A stretch of 64,000 nucleotides of DNA from Octopus sinensis (Eukaryota). Shown here piece by piece: positions 27,482 through 40,090 of the stretch (the first letter of the stretch is position 1; each line of letters opens with the position of its first letter). The notes beneath the pieces were generated by a model. It saw only the letters and a list, made by a program, of their open reading frames with translations. It searched no databases and was not told where the DNA came from. The translations under genes were made by a program, and so were the position numbers. Where the stretch lies: the NCBI RefSeq assembly GCF_006345805.1, contig NC_043001.1:4960001-5024000 (forward strand). Reading direction: 5' to 3'.

Positions 27482-27844
27482 ACATAAGGGGGATCAGCCA
27501 TCTGAATATGGCTAGGGACAGGGCGGGGTAGTGGGGGTGTTACTGATGCATTTAGCCCCAGGCGATCATAATCCATATATATCCAGCCTGTAGAGGAAGT
27601 CCCTCAACGAAGAACGGTGCTTACCATGCGTTGATAAGAGGCAAATACCTCGAAACCGGTCCGTATGTAGTATCCGTATCTTCGGGGAGGCTGATCTCCC
27701 TTTGCAGGCTGGCAAGGACACCGAGATGGTTTCAGCCCTTCTGGTGACGTTGATGATCGCCTGGGGCTAAATGCATCAGTAACACCCCCACTACCCCGCC
27801 CTGTCCCTAGCCACATTCAGATGGCTGATCCCCCTTATGTTATA
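27478..27844. mobile_element. 367-bp element with 92-bp terminal inverted repeats and an internal hammerhead
   Basis: 27478-27569 matches the reverse complement of 27753-27844 with one mismatch (tgaatAtggct vs tgaatGtggct). It is inserted at the end of a TA tract and has a 183-bp structured spacer. Confidence 0.9.
27625..27667 (+). ncRNA. Minimal type-I hammerhead ribozyme (U3-A8 variant)
   Basis: CATGCG-TTGATAA-GAGG/CAAATA/CCTC-GAAA-CCGG-TC-CGTATG. Stem I has 6 bp (one G-U), stem II 4 bp, stem III is short and palindromic (ACCGGT), and the GUC site puts cleavage after 27661. Confidence 0.8.
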
Positions 27845-27885
27845 GAGCAGTTACTGTTTATATCTCGCTCAGAGATTTATTATTG

Positions 27886-27923
<38 letters not shown>

Positions 27924-27947
27924 GTATGTATATACAAATATATACAT

Positions 27948-28005
<58 letters not shown>

Positions 28006-28036
28006 ATATATACATATTCATGCATACATATATATA

Positions 28037-28094
<58 letters not shown>

Positions 28095-28329
28095 GAATAT
28101 ACATACACATATACATATATAAATATACATGTACACACACATGGAGGGGTGAAAAGGGAATCATGTGGCATTTGAAAATGATCCTCTTTTGATTATACTT
28201 TTAAAATTTACAGTAAGACGGCCATTGAATTCTAAATTCTGATGGCTTTCTTTTCTTCATGAATTACTTTATATGATCGTAGTTAACTTCGTATCGATGT
28301 AGCCTTTTCAAATATTTTGGACCAACCAT

Positions 28330-28790
28330 ATATCAGATGCTGTATACAGTATGGATTTCCACCCCACTGCCCCCAAAGTGACCAGCCAAGAATGTTTCTT
28401 TCACTTGACGTTGGCCCTTCCAATCACATCTCAAACTAGCTAAAGATGGGACGAGATCGTTCATATCTATAACCGATTAAACGACATTGTTACACAAATC
28501 AGCCGATTCTCCTACATCCTTGGATTCAAAGGTTACCCAGTTTCACTTAGTAAAAGTCTTCAGTAAAACTCTTCACATATACAAGACACATCAAATAGGT
28601 AGGAACACCTGTTTGGAGATATTTCACTTCAGCCAGTTGATCACCACTAACATCCTGAACGCCATCTGCAAGGGTAGACTTGATCTTCATCAAACACATT
28701 GGGGTCCATTTGTAAGGAGACACCTGTCAGCGGAAAAAAATTGCAATCAAGGAAGCTTCGCACCTTCACTAATTTTGGTATTTTACCTCT
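28330..28790 (-). mobile_element. Degraded non-LTR RT fragment (RTE-like)
   Basis: Minus frames give FSADRCLL (cf. FADDIVLL), KIKST...DVSGDQLAEVKYL (cf. KTK...GEQLEEVxxFKYLG) and ILGWSLW, with frameshifts. Confidence 0.4.
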
Positions 28791-28829
28791 TTATCACAAT
28801 TCTTGAAGCAAGATTCAGCGCCCTGCATG

Positions 28830-28861
<32 letters not shown>

Positions 28862-30479
28862 CGTATGTGCGTGTTTGCGCGCGCGTTTTTATGAATGTTT
28901 GTGAATTTTTGTTAGTACATACAGTCTACCCAGCAACCACATCTGGTGAAAATCTACATAGAATTTTGTTTTTACCAAATACATTGAAACACAATCGTAA
29001 CAAGTAATTTAATATTTTTTGTGGCTATCGTCATAACAATAACAACCGATGAAACAACATTCAATCTTACATAATTTGAAGATTAGAATCAGGGAGGAAT
29101 TTCTTGCCATATTTGAATATTTAACACCTTACGATGGACGTTGTATTTCACTAAACGACATACTTTTGCATTTACCACAGAAAACTAAGGAGGCCTTTTT
29201 ATTCCTGATATCTAATGAAGACGAGAGATTAGCACTTCATTAACATATTTGAAACAGTAGATGCATATCCATATTGTATCCTAGATTATTAGTTAATGAC
29301 CTGTGTTTATTAATAAAACTTTTACTCGCAAAATATAGTTCTAAATTTCGAAAGTCTAGCTGTTCATATTTTAAATGAAGTTGTATTTGAATTTTTGCTT
29401 CGTTGGTTTTTATTAATCGCTTGCTCAGACACCTGTATATAAGGTAATATATTTTTGTCTTTCTGTTTGCAATTCTGCCTGTGCATGCAGCTGTATTCTG
29501 TGTCGATTGTACAAATGTGTTGGTGCATTTTTGAAAGATCGCTATTTTCTTGTCTTAAATGACAAGAAATAATTTTGTACATATTTTGAAAATGTTTATT
29601 TAGACTCATTTATTACTTATATCTGACATGCTAAAATAAATAAATAAATATATTATCACTTTAGAAAGTTCAAATAATCTATAATAATACATTTTGTTGG
29701 TGTTTGTGTTTCAGTACGCTCGCAAATACAAAAATTAATACCAGTCAAATTTTTAATTCTATGTCGTTCTCTCCTCGCCAGATCACTTGTGTCTCTTTAG
29801 CCAACTCTTTCCCACAAGTAGCACTCTTAAATGGTGAACGAAGAAAAGTCTATTGCTTCTTCACAAAGTATGTATCATATATTGCATAAAATAGTTAGTG
29901 ATACATATTTGCGGTAGAATCGTTAAAACGTATGGAAAAATACTTCGAGGTTTTCTCAACTGTCCTTCTTTTACGTTGTGAGTTCAAATTCTGCCGAGGT
30001 CGACTTTACATGTAATGCTTGTGAGATCAATAATATAATCCGATTTGACACTGAGGCTACTGTAATCGACTTGCACTCTCCACCGCAATTACTAGCATTA
30101 TGCCAAAATTTACCCAACAATCTCCAAGATTTCATAGATATGTCATTTCATATTTGTGGAACATCTCTGCTATCAGTTTTGGTTACGGCATTATTTCTGC
30201 TCCCATATTTGTCCTTCATTCTCATTTTGACGGACCTTATATATGTAGTCTAATTGCGTGATGTCCTTACATGACATATTTAGAGACAATGGCAGCTTTC
30301 AATATGATTACATTAAAAAATACGCTTAAATTCAAGGATTCATTTCATTTCACCGAAAGTAAGGACGAAAAGCCGAGTTTATGTAAATAATAAAAAATGT
30401 TGGGAATGACAATGTTTTATTGATGTAACATGATTTATTTTAGAAAGAATAGAATGTTAGAGGTGGTTAAGATTTGCTT

Positions 30480-30790
30480 TATATTGCATTTCAAAGAGAT
30501 AAGTTTCTTTATTTCAACTAACTTGTTTTGGTGTTCCAATGGCACATTGATAAAATAGAAAGATTATAAATTTTGGTAGCAGTTGCTTTGCGCATTTCTC
30601 AATGTGTGCACTAAAGGGTATCATTCTGTATTCCGGTTATTGCAATCTGCTGTCGATGCAGAGTGCATCTGCGTCTGAGCGATAATCCCATGGACCCTAT
30701 GTAGTGTCGGTGGTGGCAGCACGTGTATCTTATAACATAAGTCATGTTTTCTGAAGCACAAGTAATGTCAGATTTGATTTTGAATTTTTG
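30480..30790 (-). mobile_element. Penelope-like GIY-YIG endonuclease fragment
   Basis: IKSDITCASENMTYVIRYTCCHHRHYIGSMGLSLRRRCTLHRQQIA...HIEKCAKQLLPKFIIF contains the (V/I)Y-YIG plus Arg helix signature. Confidence 0.7.
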
Positions 30791-31370
30791 TCCCTCTTAC
30801 ATATTTTCATGTGACTAGCTTCTACCAATCGAGTCGTATTCAAAACATATTAATTTGAGGTATTAACTCCCCATAAAAATAGAGCAAGTTTAAAGCAATA
30901 GACAGAAGCAATACGGCTGCTGCATAAGCCATGTTTCACTATTTCAACTTTTTGAATATCAAATGTAAACTGATAAATTGGCTAAATCTTTAAATATGAT
31001 AAGAAAAAATACTTTTTCTCAATGCATTTTAAACACCCATTTCCCTTTATATATGGCCAGGATATGTCTAACTTAATAGCACCACCTGGCAAACTCATTC
31101 GAATCAAGAAATAGTAAAACAGGGCACAATGGAGGAGAGAGCTATTGTTTATGGAGACATATCCATGTTTAGGAGGTTTATCCGATTTTTCTCCAAAGGT
31201 ATTTTGAACTTTATGGGGTCTGTTTCATGTATAATGTGATTTGGTGTAATTTTAAAGAGAGCAGGGGCCAGTTGACATGAAATACTCGTGCCGTTTCGTT
31301 CTTATCTGATGCAAGTATGACTTATGTTGTAGGGGAATAGCACGGGGTCAAAGTCATCGGAATATCTTAA

Positions 31371-31470
31371 AGGCGGCGAGCTGGCAGAAACGTTAGCACG
31401 CCGAGCGAAGTGCTTAGCGGTATTTCGTTTGTCTTTACGTTCTGAGTTCAAATTCCGCCGAGGTCAACTT
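31371..31470 (+). mobile_element. SINE 5' fragment
   Basis: ggcggcgagctggcagaaacgttagcacgccgagcgaagtgcttagcggtatttcg...ttctgagttcaaattccgccgaggtcaac. Confidence 0.85.
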
Positions 31471-31710
31471 TTTTATCAATATGTTCCTCTTTTATTTCCT
31501 CACATCAAGCAGGACAACAGTTAATGGAGGTTAGAAGACACTGGAAAACGCAACTACATATGCAAGATTACATGAAATGCTTGTGCAATAATTAAAAAGA
31601 AAATGTATATCCATCATTTACTTGATGCTTATTAATTATCTTCTCATTATTATCAGTTACGCTTTCTCTTTCTCATCTTCATCATCAAGACTTTACTTAA
31701 TGCACTTGAT

Positions 31711-31948
31711 AAAAGCTGCGAGCTGACAGAAACGTTAGCACGCCGGACAAAAGGCTTAGCGGTATTTCGTCTGCCGCTACGTTCTGAGTTCAAATTCTGC
31801 CGAGGTCGACTTTGCCTTTCATCCTTTCGGGATCGATTAAATAAGTACCAGTTATGCACTGGAATCGATGTAATCGACTTAATCCGTTTGCCTGTCCTTG
31901 TTTGTCCTCTCTGTGTTTAGCCCGTTGTAGGTAGTAAGAAATAGGTAT
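31711..31948 (+). mobile_element. Near full-length SINE
   Basis: gcgagctgacagaaacgttagcacgccgg...ttctgagttcaaattctgccgaggtcgactttgcctttcatcc...gtaagaaataggtat. Confidence 0.9.
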
Positions 31949-32109
31949 ATCTTAAAGGCGATGCCAACATCATTTGGACAATGCTGATGGAATATTTTCA
32001 ACATCATCAAGATGATGTGGTGCTCCCGGCGGCATTGGAGAGAATAAAACTTGAGATTCTTTAGTCGACCCCAATATTCAAGGCATGTCATGCCATTTAT
32101 CTTTTTTTA

Positions 32110-32525
32110 ACTGAACTTTGATGTGTTTCGTTTCGCATGATAATTTGTTATGTATGGGGCGACCGCAGTGGACAAGAGTATTCAAAGTGAGGTCGGAGAA
32201 CAGTAGAGAAGAGCATGATAATGGTGTGGGCATCTCACGATTTGAAAGCCCTCAGAATCCAGGAGTACATTCTGCGGGGCATGTGAACTTTGCTGTTTAT
32301 ATGAGGGGCCCAGCTTCTGTTGTTGTCCACAATAGCTCCCAAGACTCTCATGCTGCTGAGTGCGATGAGAGTTTCAACTGAAGGAAAAGAGTATGGGAGT
32401 TTCAAGGTATCCTATTCTCCGAAGTGGATTAATTCAAATTTGTCCACGTTCAGCAGCATATTCTTTCCCGCCCATTGGATTACAGCCAATAGATCTGACT
32501 GAAGGCATGTCCGGGCACCCACTGC
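32110..32525 (-). mobile_element. CR1/L2-type LINE reverse-transcriptase C-terminal remnant
   Basis: LQSDLLAVIQWAGKNMLLNVDKFELIHFG...MRVLGAIVDNNRSWAPHINSKV...SWILRAFKS*DAHTIIMLFSTVLRPHFEYSCPL matches the LQxDL..W..NM.LN..KF..LHFG / LGV.VD.L.W..HI / LVRP.LEYC motifs. Confidence 0.85.
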
Positions 32526-32534
32526 GTATATATA

Positions 32535-32580
<46 letters not shown>

Positions 32581-32584
<4 letters not shown>

Positions 32585-32909
32585 TACTCTTTAACTTGTT
32601 ATAGTCATTTGAATGTGGTCATGCTGGAGCAGCGCCTTTAGTCATGCAAATCGACCCAATGACTTATTTATTGTAAGCCTAGTACTTATTCTATCGGCCT
32701 TTTTTGCCGAACCGCTAAGTTACGAGGACATAAACACACCAGCATCGGTTATCAAGCGATGTTGGGAGGACAAACACAGACACACAAACATAGACACACA
32801 TACAAATATATATATGCATATATATATTTTTTTGACTATTTATTAAATTTTATGTATTGATTAAGTCTTTCCTTGTTTGTTTTGCAAAATAGTGGTTTTG
32901 TCTCAAATA

Positions 32910-32977
<68 letters not shown>

Positions 32978-33150
32978 CATATATATATGACGGGCTTCTT
33001 TCAGTTTCCGTCTACCAAATCCACTCACAAGGCTTTGGTCGGCCTGAGGCTATAGTAGAAGAGACTTGCCCAAGGTGCCATATAGTGGGACTGAACCCGG
33101 AACCATGTTGTTCGTAAGCAAGCTACTTACCACACATCACTCCTACGCCT
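32581..33150 (-). mobile_element. Full-length SINE with expanded internal TA tract
   Basis: Head (reverse complement aggcgtaggagtga..tgtggtaagtagcttgc...ggttcagtcccac...ggcaccttgggcaagtctcttctactatagcctc) at 32990-33150 and tail at 32581-32790. Confidence 0.9.
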
Positions 33151-33168
33151 ATATATATATATATATAT

Positions 33169-33210
<42 letters not shown>

Positions 33211-33564
33211 TAATGAAATTCTTACACAGTCTGATTTTCACGTTTTAATGTATGCAATTATAATAATTGTACAAAAGTGAAATAAACTAGTACTTTCATG
33301 CGTTAGGTATTCCAACTATCTAAGTAGGGACAGTCATGGTCCACAACTGCCAACTGCATCGACTGTGCAACAGGACCGACACTATATAAACACGAAGATT
33401 GTGTAAAGAATGAAAGTACTACTTTTTACTAATATTGTAAAATTGCAAAAATTGGAAGTAAAATGTAGTAATGGGATTATAGTTGTAATTGCAATCATCA
33501 ATACGTTTTTTATACACAATAATACAAACCTCGGATATATGCATATATGTATGTATATATATAT

Positions 33565-33627
<63 letters not shown>

Positions 33628-33713
33628 ATCGAGAAACGAACGAAAGTGTTAATAATAATATAGAAAAAAACATTTTTTTTGAAAAATTCTGACATTTTTT
33701 CTCAATATTCAAC

Positions 33714-33810
<97 letters not shown>

Positions 33811-33835
33811 GTATGTATGTATGTATGTATGAAGA

Positions 33836-34705
33836 TACAGGGTGCGTAATATATTTGAGCTCAGATTTATGTTTATAGAACAACAGATATATAAAAACAA
33901 AAATAACAAATAATATATTTATTTTCCAAAAAATATTATAAGTATAAAAAATAAACCTTATTTTCTATAATGTTATTAAATACAGCCACCTTCAGCTTCA
34001 ACAGTCGTTTCTGTATGAGATCGAAACAAACTACAAGCTATAATCAAGTGACCCTTACTCAGAATATGGCAGGTTGCAAAGATATTTTATTGTTATGAGC
34101 ATGTTGATTGACCTCTCTGTCAAAAAGAAAATCCATGTGGAATAGTGCAATGGATTGAGGTTTGGGGAATTAGGAGGCCAAATTTTATGTGTTATGTGAT
34201 CATGAAAATTTTCAGTCACCCATTCCTGTGTTACGTGAGCTATATGGGATAGTGCAGACTTAGTGAAACACACATGGCCTTCCATTATATACATTGTCTA
34301 TCCAGGGTTTAACAATTGTTACCAGGAGCTCAATTTAGGCGGCAGAGTTAACTAAGGCCTTGAGGATAGAGGTAAGGAGGCATCACATGTTCTTCATTGC
34401 AGATAATCACTAAATATAAAGCAGTTGCAGAAAATGTTGCATACATAACACTTGGAACTTCAGAAAGGTTTGCACATAACCATCTGTCATTTCTTCTCTT
34501 AATATTTTGATCCTGGTCGAAGTTTTTCGCGTTTCAGGAAAAACCAAATTAGATCTGCTTCCGGTGGATTTTTCAGTTTGTTCCATTCCGATGTGATGTA
34601 GGGATTTTCTTTTGCTTTTTCTGACAAATTGACCTTTCCTCATTACATAAAACTTATATCAGATGACTTCGTGGTCAACATTTCTGACTGTTCCTCCTGA
34701 TACAC
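33836..34705 (-). mobile_element. Tc1/mariner DD37D (maT-like) transposase remnant
   Basis: GTVRNVDHEVI*YKFYVMRKGQF...KNFDQDQNIKRRNDRWLCA...VMPP...PQGL...VKPWIDNV..GRP...SALSHIAHVTQEWVTENFHDHITHKIWPPNSPNLNPLHYSTW; terminal tacagggtg at 33836. Confidence 0.85.
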
Positions 34706-34721
34706 AGACATATATATATAT

Positions 34722-34776
<55 letters not shown>

Positions 34777-35193
34777 TGTGTGTGTGTGTGTGGAGAGAGA
34801 TAGAGATAGAGATATAGATAGATAGATAGATGGATAGATAGATAGGTAGCTAGATATAGATACATAGAAATATTTATAACTATGTATATATATAGATAGA
34901 TATACACAGAAATATATATATATATAATATATATATATATATATACACATGCATACATATAGAGTTATATGTACACATGCATGAATGAGTGTGTGTTTGT
35001 GATTGAGTGTGTGGGTGGGATATGCTAGCGTCCATAGCTCAGCTGTGCAGATTATATAATCTTTCTCTAAATGTGTGATTTTCAAGTGAACAGTGAGAAA
35101 ATTATATCTCTTTGATCAAATACACTCATGATTTAGCAACTGGGAACGAGTATGCCTATTATATATATGGTTATGCGTATTCAAGTACACACA

Positions 35194-35251
<58 letters not shown>

Positions 35252-35499
35252 GGTTGAAAATATGTGGAAACATATAAAATGTGAAAGAGAAATGCCTTCG
35301 TTTCACATAGTTTAATATCTTTATATTAAGTAATTAAAACAAAAATTATGCATATTTTATAGATGTCGTGATATCCAACCGGTTTTTGCTATTTGAAATA
35401 GCTTTTCAGGGGACATTTTGAAGTAATCAATTCTTGTGTCAAAGGGGTCTCACCATTTTGGGTGCTTGAAAAATAATAATGAGTTTAGAGAGTGGAAAA

Positions 35500-35710
35500 A
35501 CGGGGACAACAGATGACACATATTTGTGGTCACAACCTGAGCAAGATTATACTCAATACACACCATAACAACAGTTAAAAAATGCAGATCAACTAATTCA
35601 GGTACATGCCCACACCTAACTGTAGGTTCTGAACTCACATTTCAGCAAAGACAAAACTTCTCAATTAAGACCAACTTCACATGTGCTTCCCAGAATTATA
35701 TTTACAATAA
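35500..35710 (+). mobile_element. Penelope-like fragment (Cys linker preceding GIY-YIG)
   Basis: KCRSTNSGTCPHLTVGSELTFQQRQNFSIKTNFTCASQNYIY (cf. C..C.TCPH...F.IK.NFTC.S.NVIY); overlaps in motif with 30480-30790. Confidence 0.65.
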
Positions 35711-36069
35711 TTATGTTGAATCCATCCTTCGATTTAAGGGTCTTCTTCGATTTTTATAATTGGATGAATTTATATAGAATTCAATTATTTTGTTTATTTT
35801 GTTCATCGCATGCTTAGGACCGTTAATTGATTGGAGCAATGAAACAAATCCATTCTTAATGGTGTACCCTTTAACTAGCTTTGAACATATCATTATTTCT
35901 CTTTTTCTTTTCTGTTTTAACAAAACTATCCGACGAACGGGAACATGAAACTCTGAGTAACAAGCTTTTTGTTATATTTCTGCTGCTTTTTAATAAATCG
36001 TATTACTCTACCTCTGGTATTTGAGTTTTCTTTTTCCACTTTGTTTCACATTTACAGGCTTACCCCAGT

Positions 36070-36073
36070 ATAC

Positions 36074-36139
<66 letters not shown>

Positions 36140-36256
36140 ATATATATATATACATATTATATATATATATATGTATATATATGTATATATATATACTATA
36201 TATATATTTATATATATATATATACACACATATATATATTATATATATATATATAT

Positions 36257-36307
<51 letters not shown>

Positions 36308-36320
36308 TACATTATGTGTA
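36070..36320. repeat. Interrupted (TA)n microsatellite
   Basis: Direct reading. Confidence 0.9.
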
Positions 36321-37498
36321 TATATTGAGATTGGCTAATTGAAAGTCGTTGATTTGAAGTATATTTTTCTTAGCAAAAGACCCACATTTACTTCTGTGCA
36401 GTATGTCTGCAATTGACATAATTGTTTTGCAAGGAAATTAGTAAATTTTTGGCACTTACAGACGTTTATATATACGAATGAATATTGGAATTTATTTCAA
36501 CGTATTATGTGTTTTCATTATCTTCACATTATACAAACTGAAGCCATCATATTTAATATGTGGTAAAAGTACTGCTTATTTTACTTTAAAAAATCCTTGA
36601 AATTGTGAGGTCATTTTATATTAGTTGAAATTCGCTTAAGCTACGACAGTTATATATTTCTTCCCCATTTGTATTGCAATATAGGCTGTTTTCCCGATGT
36701 TGTCCAAACATTTCATGGTTTTATTTCATGAAGGCTTTGAGAAAGAAATGCAAAATCGATTCAGAGCATCGAAACAGTGCGTATGTCTTCTTATATTCAA
36801 TGCAGCATTAAACAGTTGTGTCGATAATATTGAAATATACGGCTGGAGTTTTCCATTTTCAGGTTCCCCAATTATAGTAGAGCGTTTTAACAATAAGAAC
36901 AAGCGAGAAACAATCAATAATGACCAAACATAGATAACAATCCATGATAAACACCAATTATACTAATTAGACTAATTGTTAGCGCTCAGCGTTATCATTG
37001 TCACATAACCGCTTAGACGAAAAAATGGATAATTGCCATTTCCCTGGAAACGAAAGTAAAGTATGTAAATCACCATTTATAGGAAGGCACTTCTAAACGT
37101 ATCTTTAGGTAAATACGCCTGAAAGATTTAGAATCTTGAAATGTAAATAAACTCTTTCTGAATATCATTACAGGTATATAGTAAAGTAGACGATACTTCA
37201 GCGAACCAGTACAGCTAAGGGACAGTATAACGAATTAGTGAAAGGGAATTTGTGCACGGTTTATCGAACACTACGTTTATCTAGCTCTGGGGTTTATCTT
37301 ATTCTACAGTTTGCATCAATAGGTGTGCATCATTAGAAACCCCCAAGAGTTCCTTTCCCCTTAATTACACAAGATATGAAGAAAAAATCTTCGAATGAAG
37401 ATATACATGTTCATAAACCAGATATGCGTATTACGATAATGCAGCTGAACAATATACTTATATATACATATACGTATTCATATTCAAATATACACATG

Positions 37499-37589
<91 letters not shown>

Positions 37590-37988
37590 ACGCATGGATG
37601 GAGAAGAGTCAGGCAAATTATATACTTGGTAACTTAATTATGATTACTTACATATGCATATTCGTGTTCGTTGATGCATGCGTACGCCTGTTTGATACTA
37701 CACCCCTGTCTCCATAAACCTGCGTATGAGTTAAGGCATTGATAATCATAGAGAAAATGTTACACTGATGAAATATATAACATAGTTTATAACATATCTC
37801 TTTATATTAGATTTATGCGGATAAAACAACCACATATAAAAGTTATTTTGTGGTATTTCTTCTTTACAAGTAGAGTTTTATGGGATATTAAACAACTTGA
37901 ATTAAATACAGTTTTGTTAATTTTAGTTATACAGTCTATAATATATCACTGCACATTTCTTAATAAAGTTATGATACGTTTAAAATTA

Positions 37989-38150
37989 TAGGTGCAGGCA
38001 TGGGTGTGTGTTGAGAGGTTTCCTTTCCAACAATATGGTCGCGAGTGTCTTCCACTATAGCTTCGAGATGAGCAAAGCCTTCTCGGTGAATTTGACAGAC
38101 TGAAACTAAACCAAGCCTGCCCCTTATATATATGTATATACATATATAAG
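37989..38150 (+). mobile_element. Diverged SINE head
   Basis: aggtgcaggcatgggtgtgtg...gtgtcttccactatagcttcgag...aaagccttc...gaaactaaa resembles the 32990-33150 head. Confidence 0.6.
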
Positions 38151-40008
38151 TTTGTATGTGCGTGTTGTTTTCGCATAATTTAGTGGTTCGAAAAAACTGA
38201 CTGTTAGAATAAATATCAGTCATTATTAAACAGATGTAGTTAGATTGCTTCGATCTACTAGAAATCTTCAAGGTGTTTCCTCAGCATGAGCACAGTCTGA
38301 TGGCTAAAACATGTATAAGACGAAAAATAAAAGATTATTAGGCAAAATGAATTGAAGTAATTTGTGGTAAAGTGGACATACGCTACTAAGGAGTGGTTAG
38401 TACTCTTTTCCGTCATATATGGTTTCTCGATAATATTGTAGTAATTTTATGTTGTAACGGATGCCTCTTGCTTAAGCTGTGCAGTTATATACCTCATGTG
38501 GTTCTATATAATATAATGACAACAGATTTTATATAAACAGAAAATCAATTCATCACATTTTACATAAAACGTCTAAACGCTAACGATAAATGTTCTAATT
38601 TATCGTGTTAAAAGGTTACATCTTGTTTTCTAATAATCTTTGAATTCAAATTTTTGAAACATTCATACATTTAGAAATGTCAAGAAAAGTGTTGAATTTA
38701 CTACGAAACATCAATAATAGAATTAGGGTGACCAGAGGGCTTCAACAATGGAATAATAGTTTCACTGTAATGGCTTCTTTCAGGTACGTTTAGAATAACA
38801 ATAACGATAGATTCACCCAGTTTGACATTATAAATATTTATCGTTCCCTATCTATATCGCTGATTAATAAAGCCATCGATTTTGCTAAATTATATGTTTA
38901 TATACACAATATGGACCTAGTCATTATCAGACATGCTAGGAGGGCACTATTGTTTAGTAAGGGATCAGCATAAATCATTCCATGTTTCTATGAGGTAATA
39001 CGACGTTGGTCTACAACGAGACAACAGTTTCGGTATTTCCCATTGGTCACCTTCCTCATAAATATAAGAAAAAAAGTAATTCCACCGTCAGTCAATTAGG
39101 CCTTAAAAACGTAGTAGCTACTAATCTGTGAAAAATTGGATTTTTAGATGTATCCCTAGATCTCAAATCCGGCTCTTATAAACCTTACGAGTAACTTGCC
39201 TATATACATAAACAGTATTCTCATAATGCAGCGGTTAAATAGAAAAGATTGTCTTCACCATACATTCACTGTAAAAAATGGAGGAAAAAAACTGATAATG
39301 CAGGTGATTCAGATGTGAATATTTTGCTTCAATGAATATTTGCAATATACAAGATTTAATTAGGAATATTCCTTGAAGGTTTTTGGCCTATCTTTAAAAC
39401 TAAGAAATCATACACGACCAGCGATTGCTTAATACATAAGCAATTAGTTAGTGTTCTTGGGAAATTGGTAATTCATAATAATTCTATATAAAAGCATTAA
39501 TAAAAATAAAGCAAAAAACAGGTGAGTAAGTAATTGTTAGAGAATGTATTTCATTGTTGACAATTACGTTTTACTAAGATATATTAAATTAAGCTTTCAG
39601 TGGGTAGACAACGTTCTCAATGTTAGAACATTGTCTGATCTGTTGAGGATATTCATAATACTTGATGTACTCTCAAAGTTGACATAAAATGCAGCAATCT
39701 AATAAAAAGTGATATGTTATAGAATAGGTTTTATTTTTATATCAGTGTATTATTTTCTCTATGCATATCAATGCTTTAATCCATGCATGTATCTACACGT
39801 AAACATACGCAGGTTTATGTAGACATGGGTGTAGAATCAGACAGGCGTACCTATGTATACACGGACAGTTACGTATATGAATATGTAAGTAATTATAATT
39901 AAGTTACCATGTACATCATTTGCCTACCTCTTCTTCTCTCTCTATCCAACTCTCACTATACATGCACACACTTGAGTGTCTACATATTATGCATACATAC
40001 ATATATAA

Positions 40009-40090
<82 letters not shown>

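Noticed and set aside
31030-31360. Possible PLE RT remnant (RYSDDF) upstream of the 30480-30790 endonuclease
   Set aside because: Similarity is too weak and fragmentary to support.
38724-39053. Possible hAT-type TIR pair (tagggtgacca / tggtcacctt)
   Set aside because: Only ~10 bp of similarity and no 8-bp target-site duplication.
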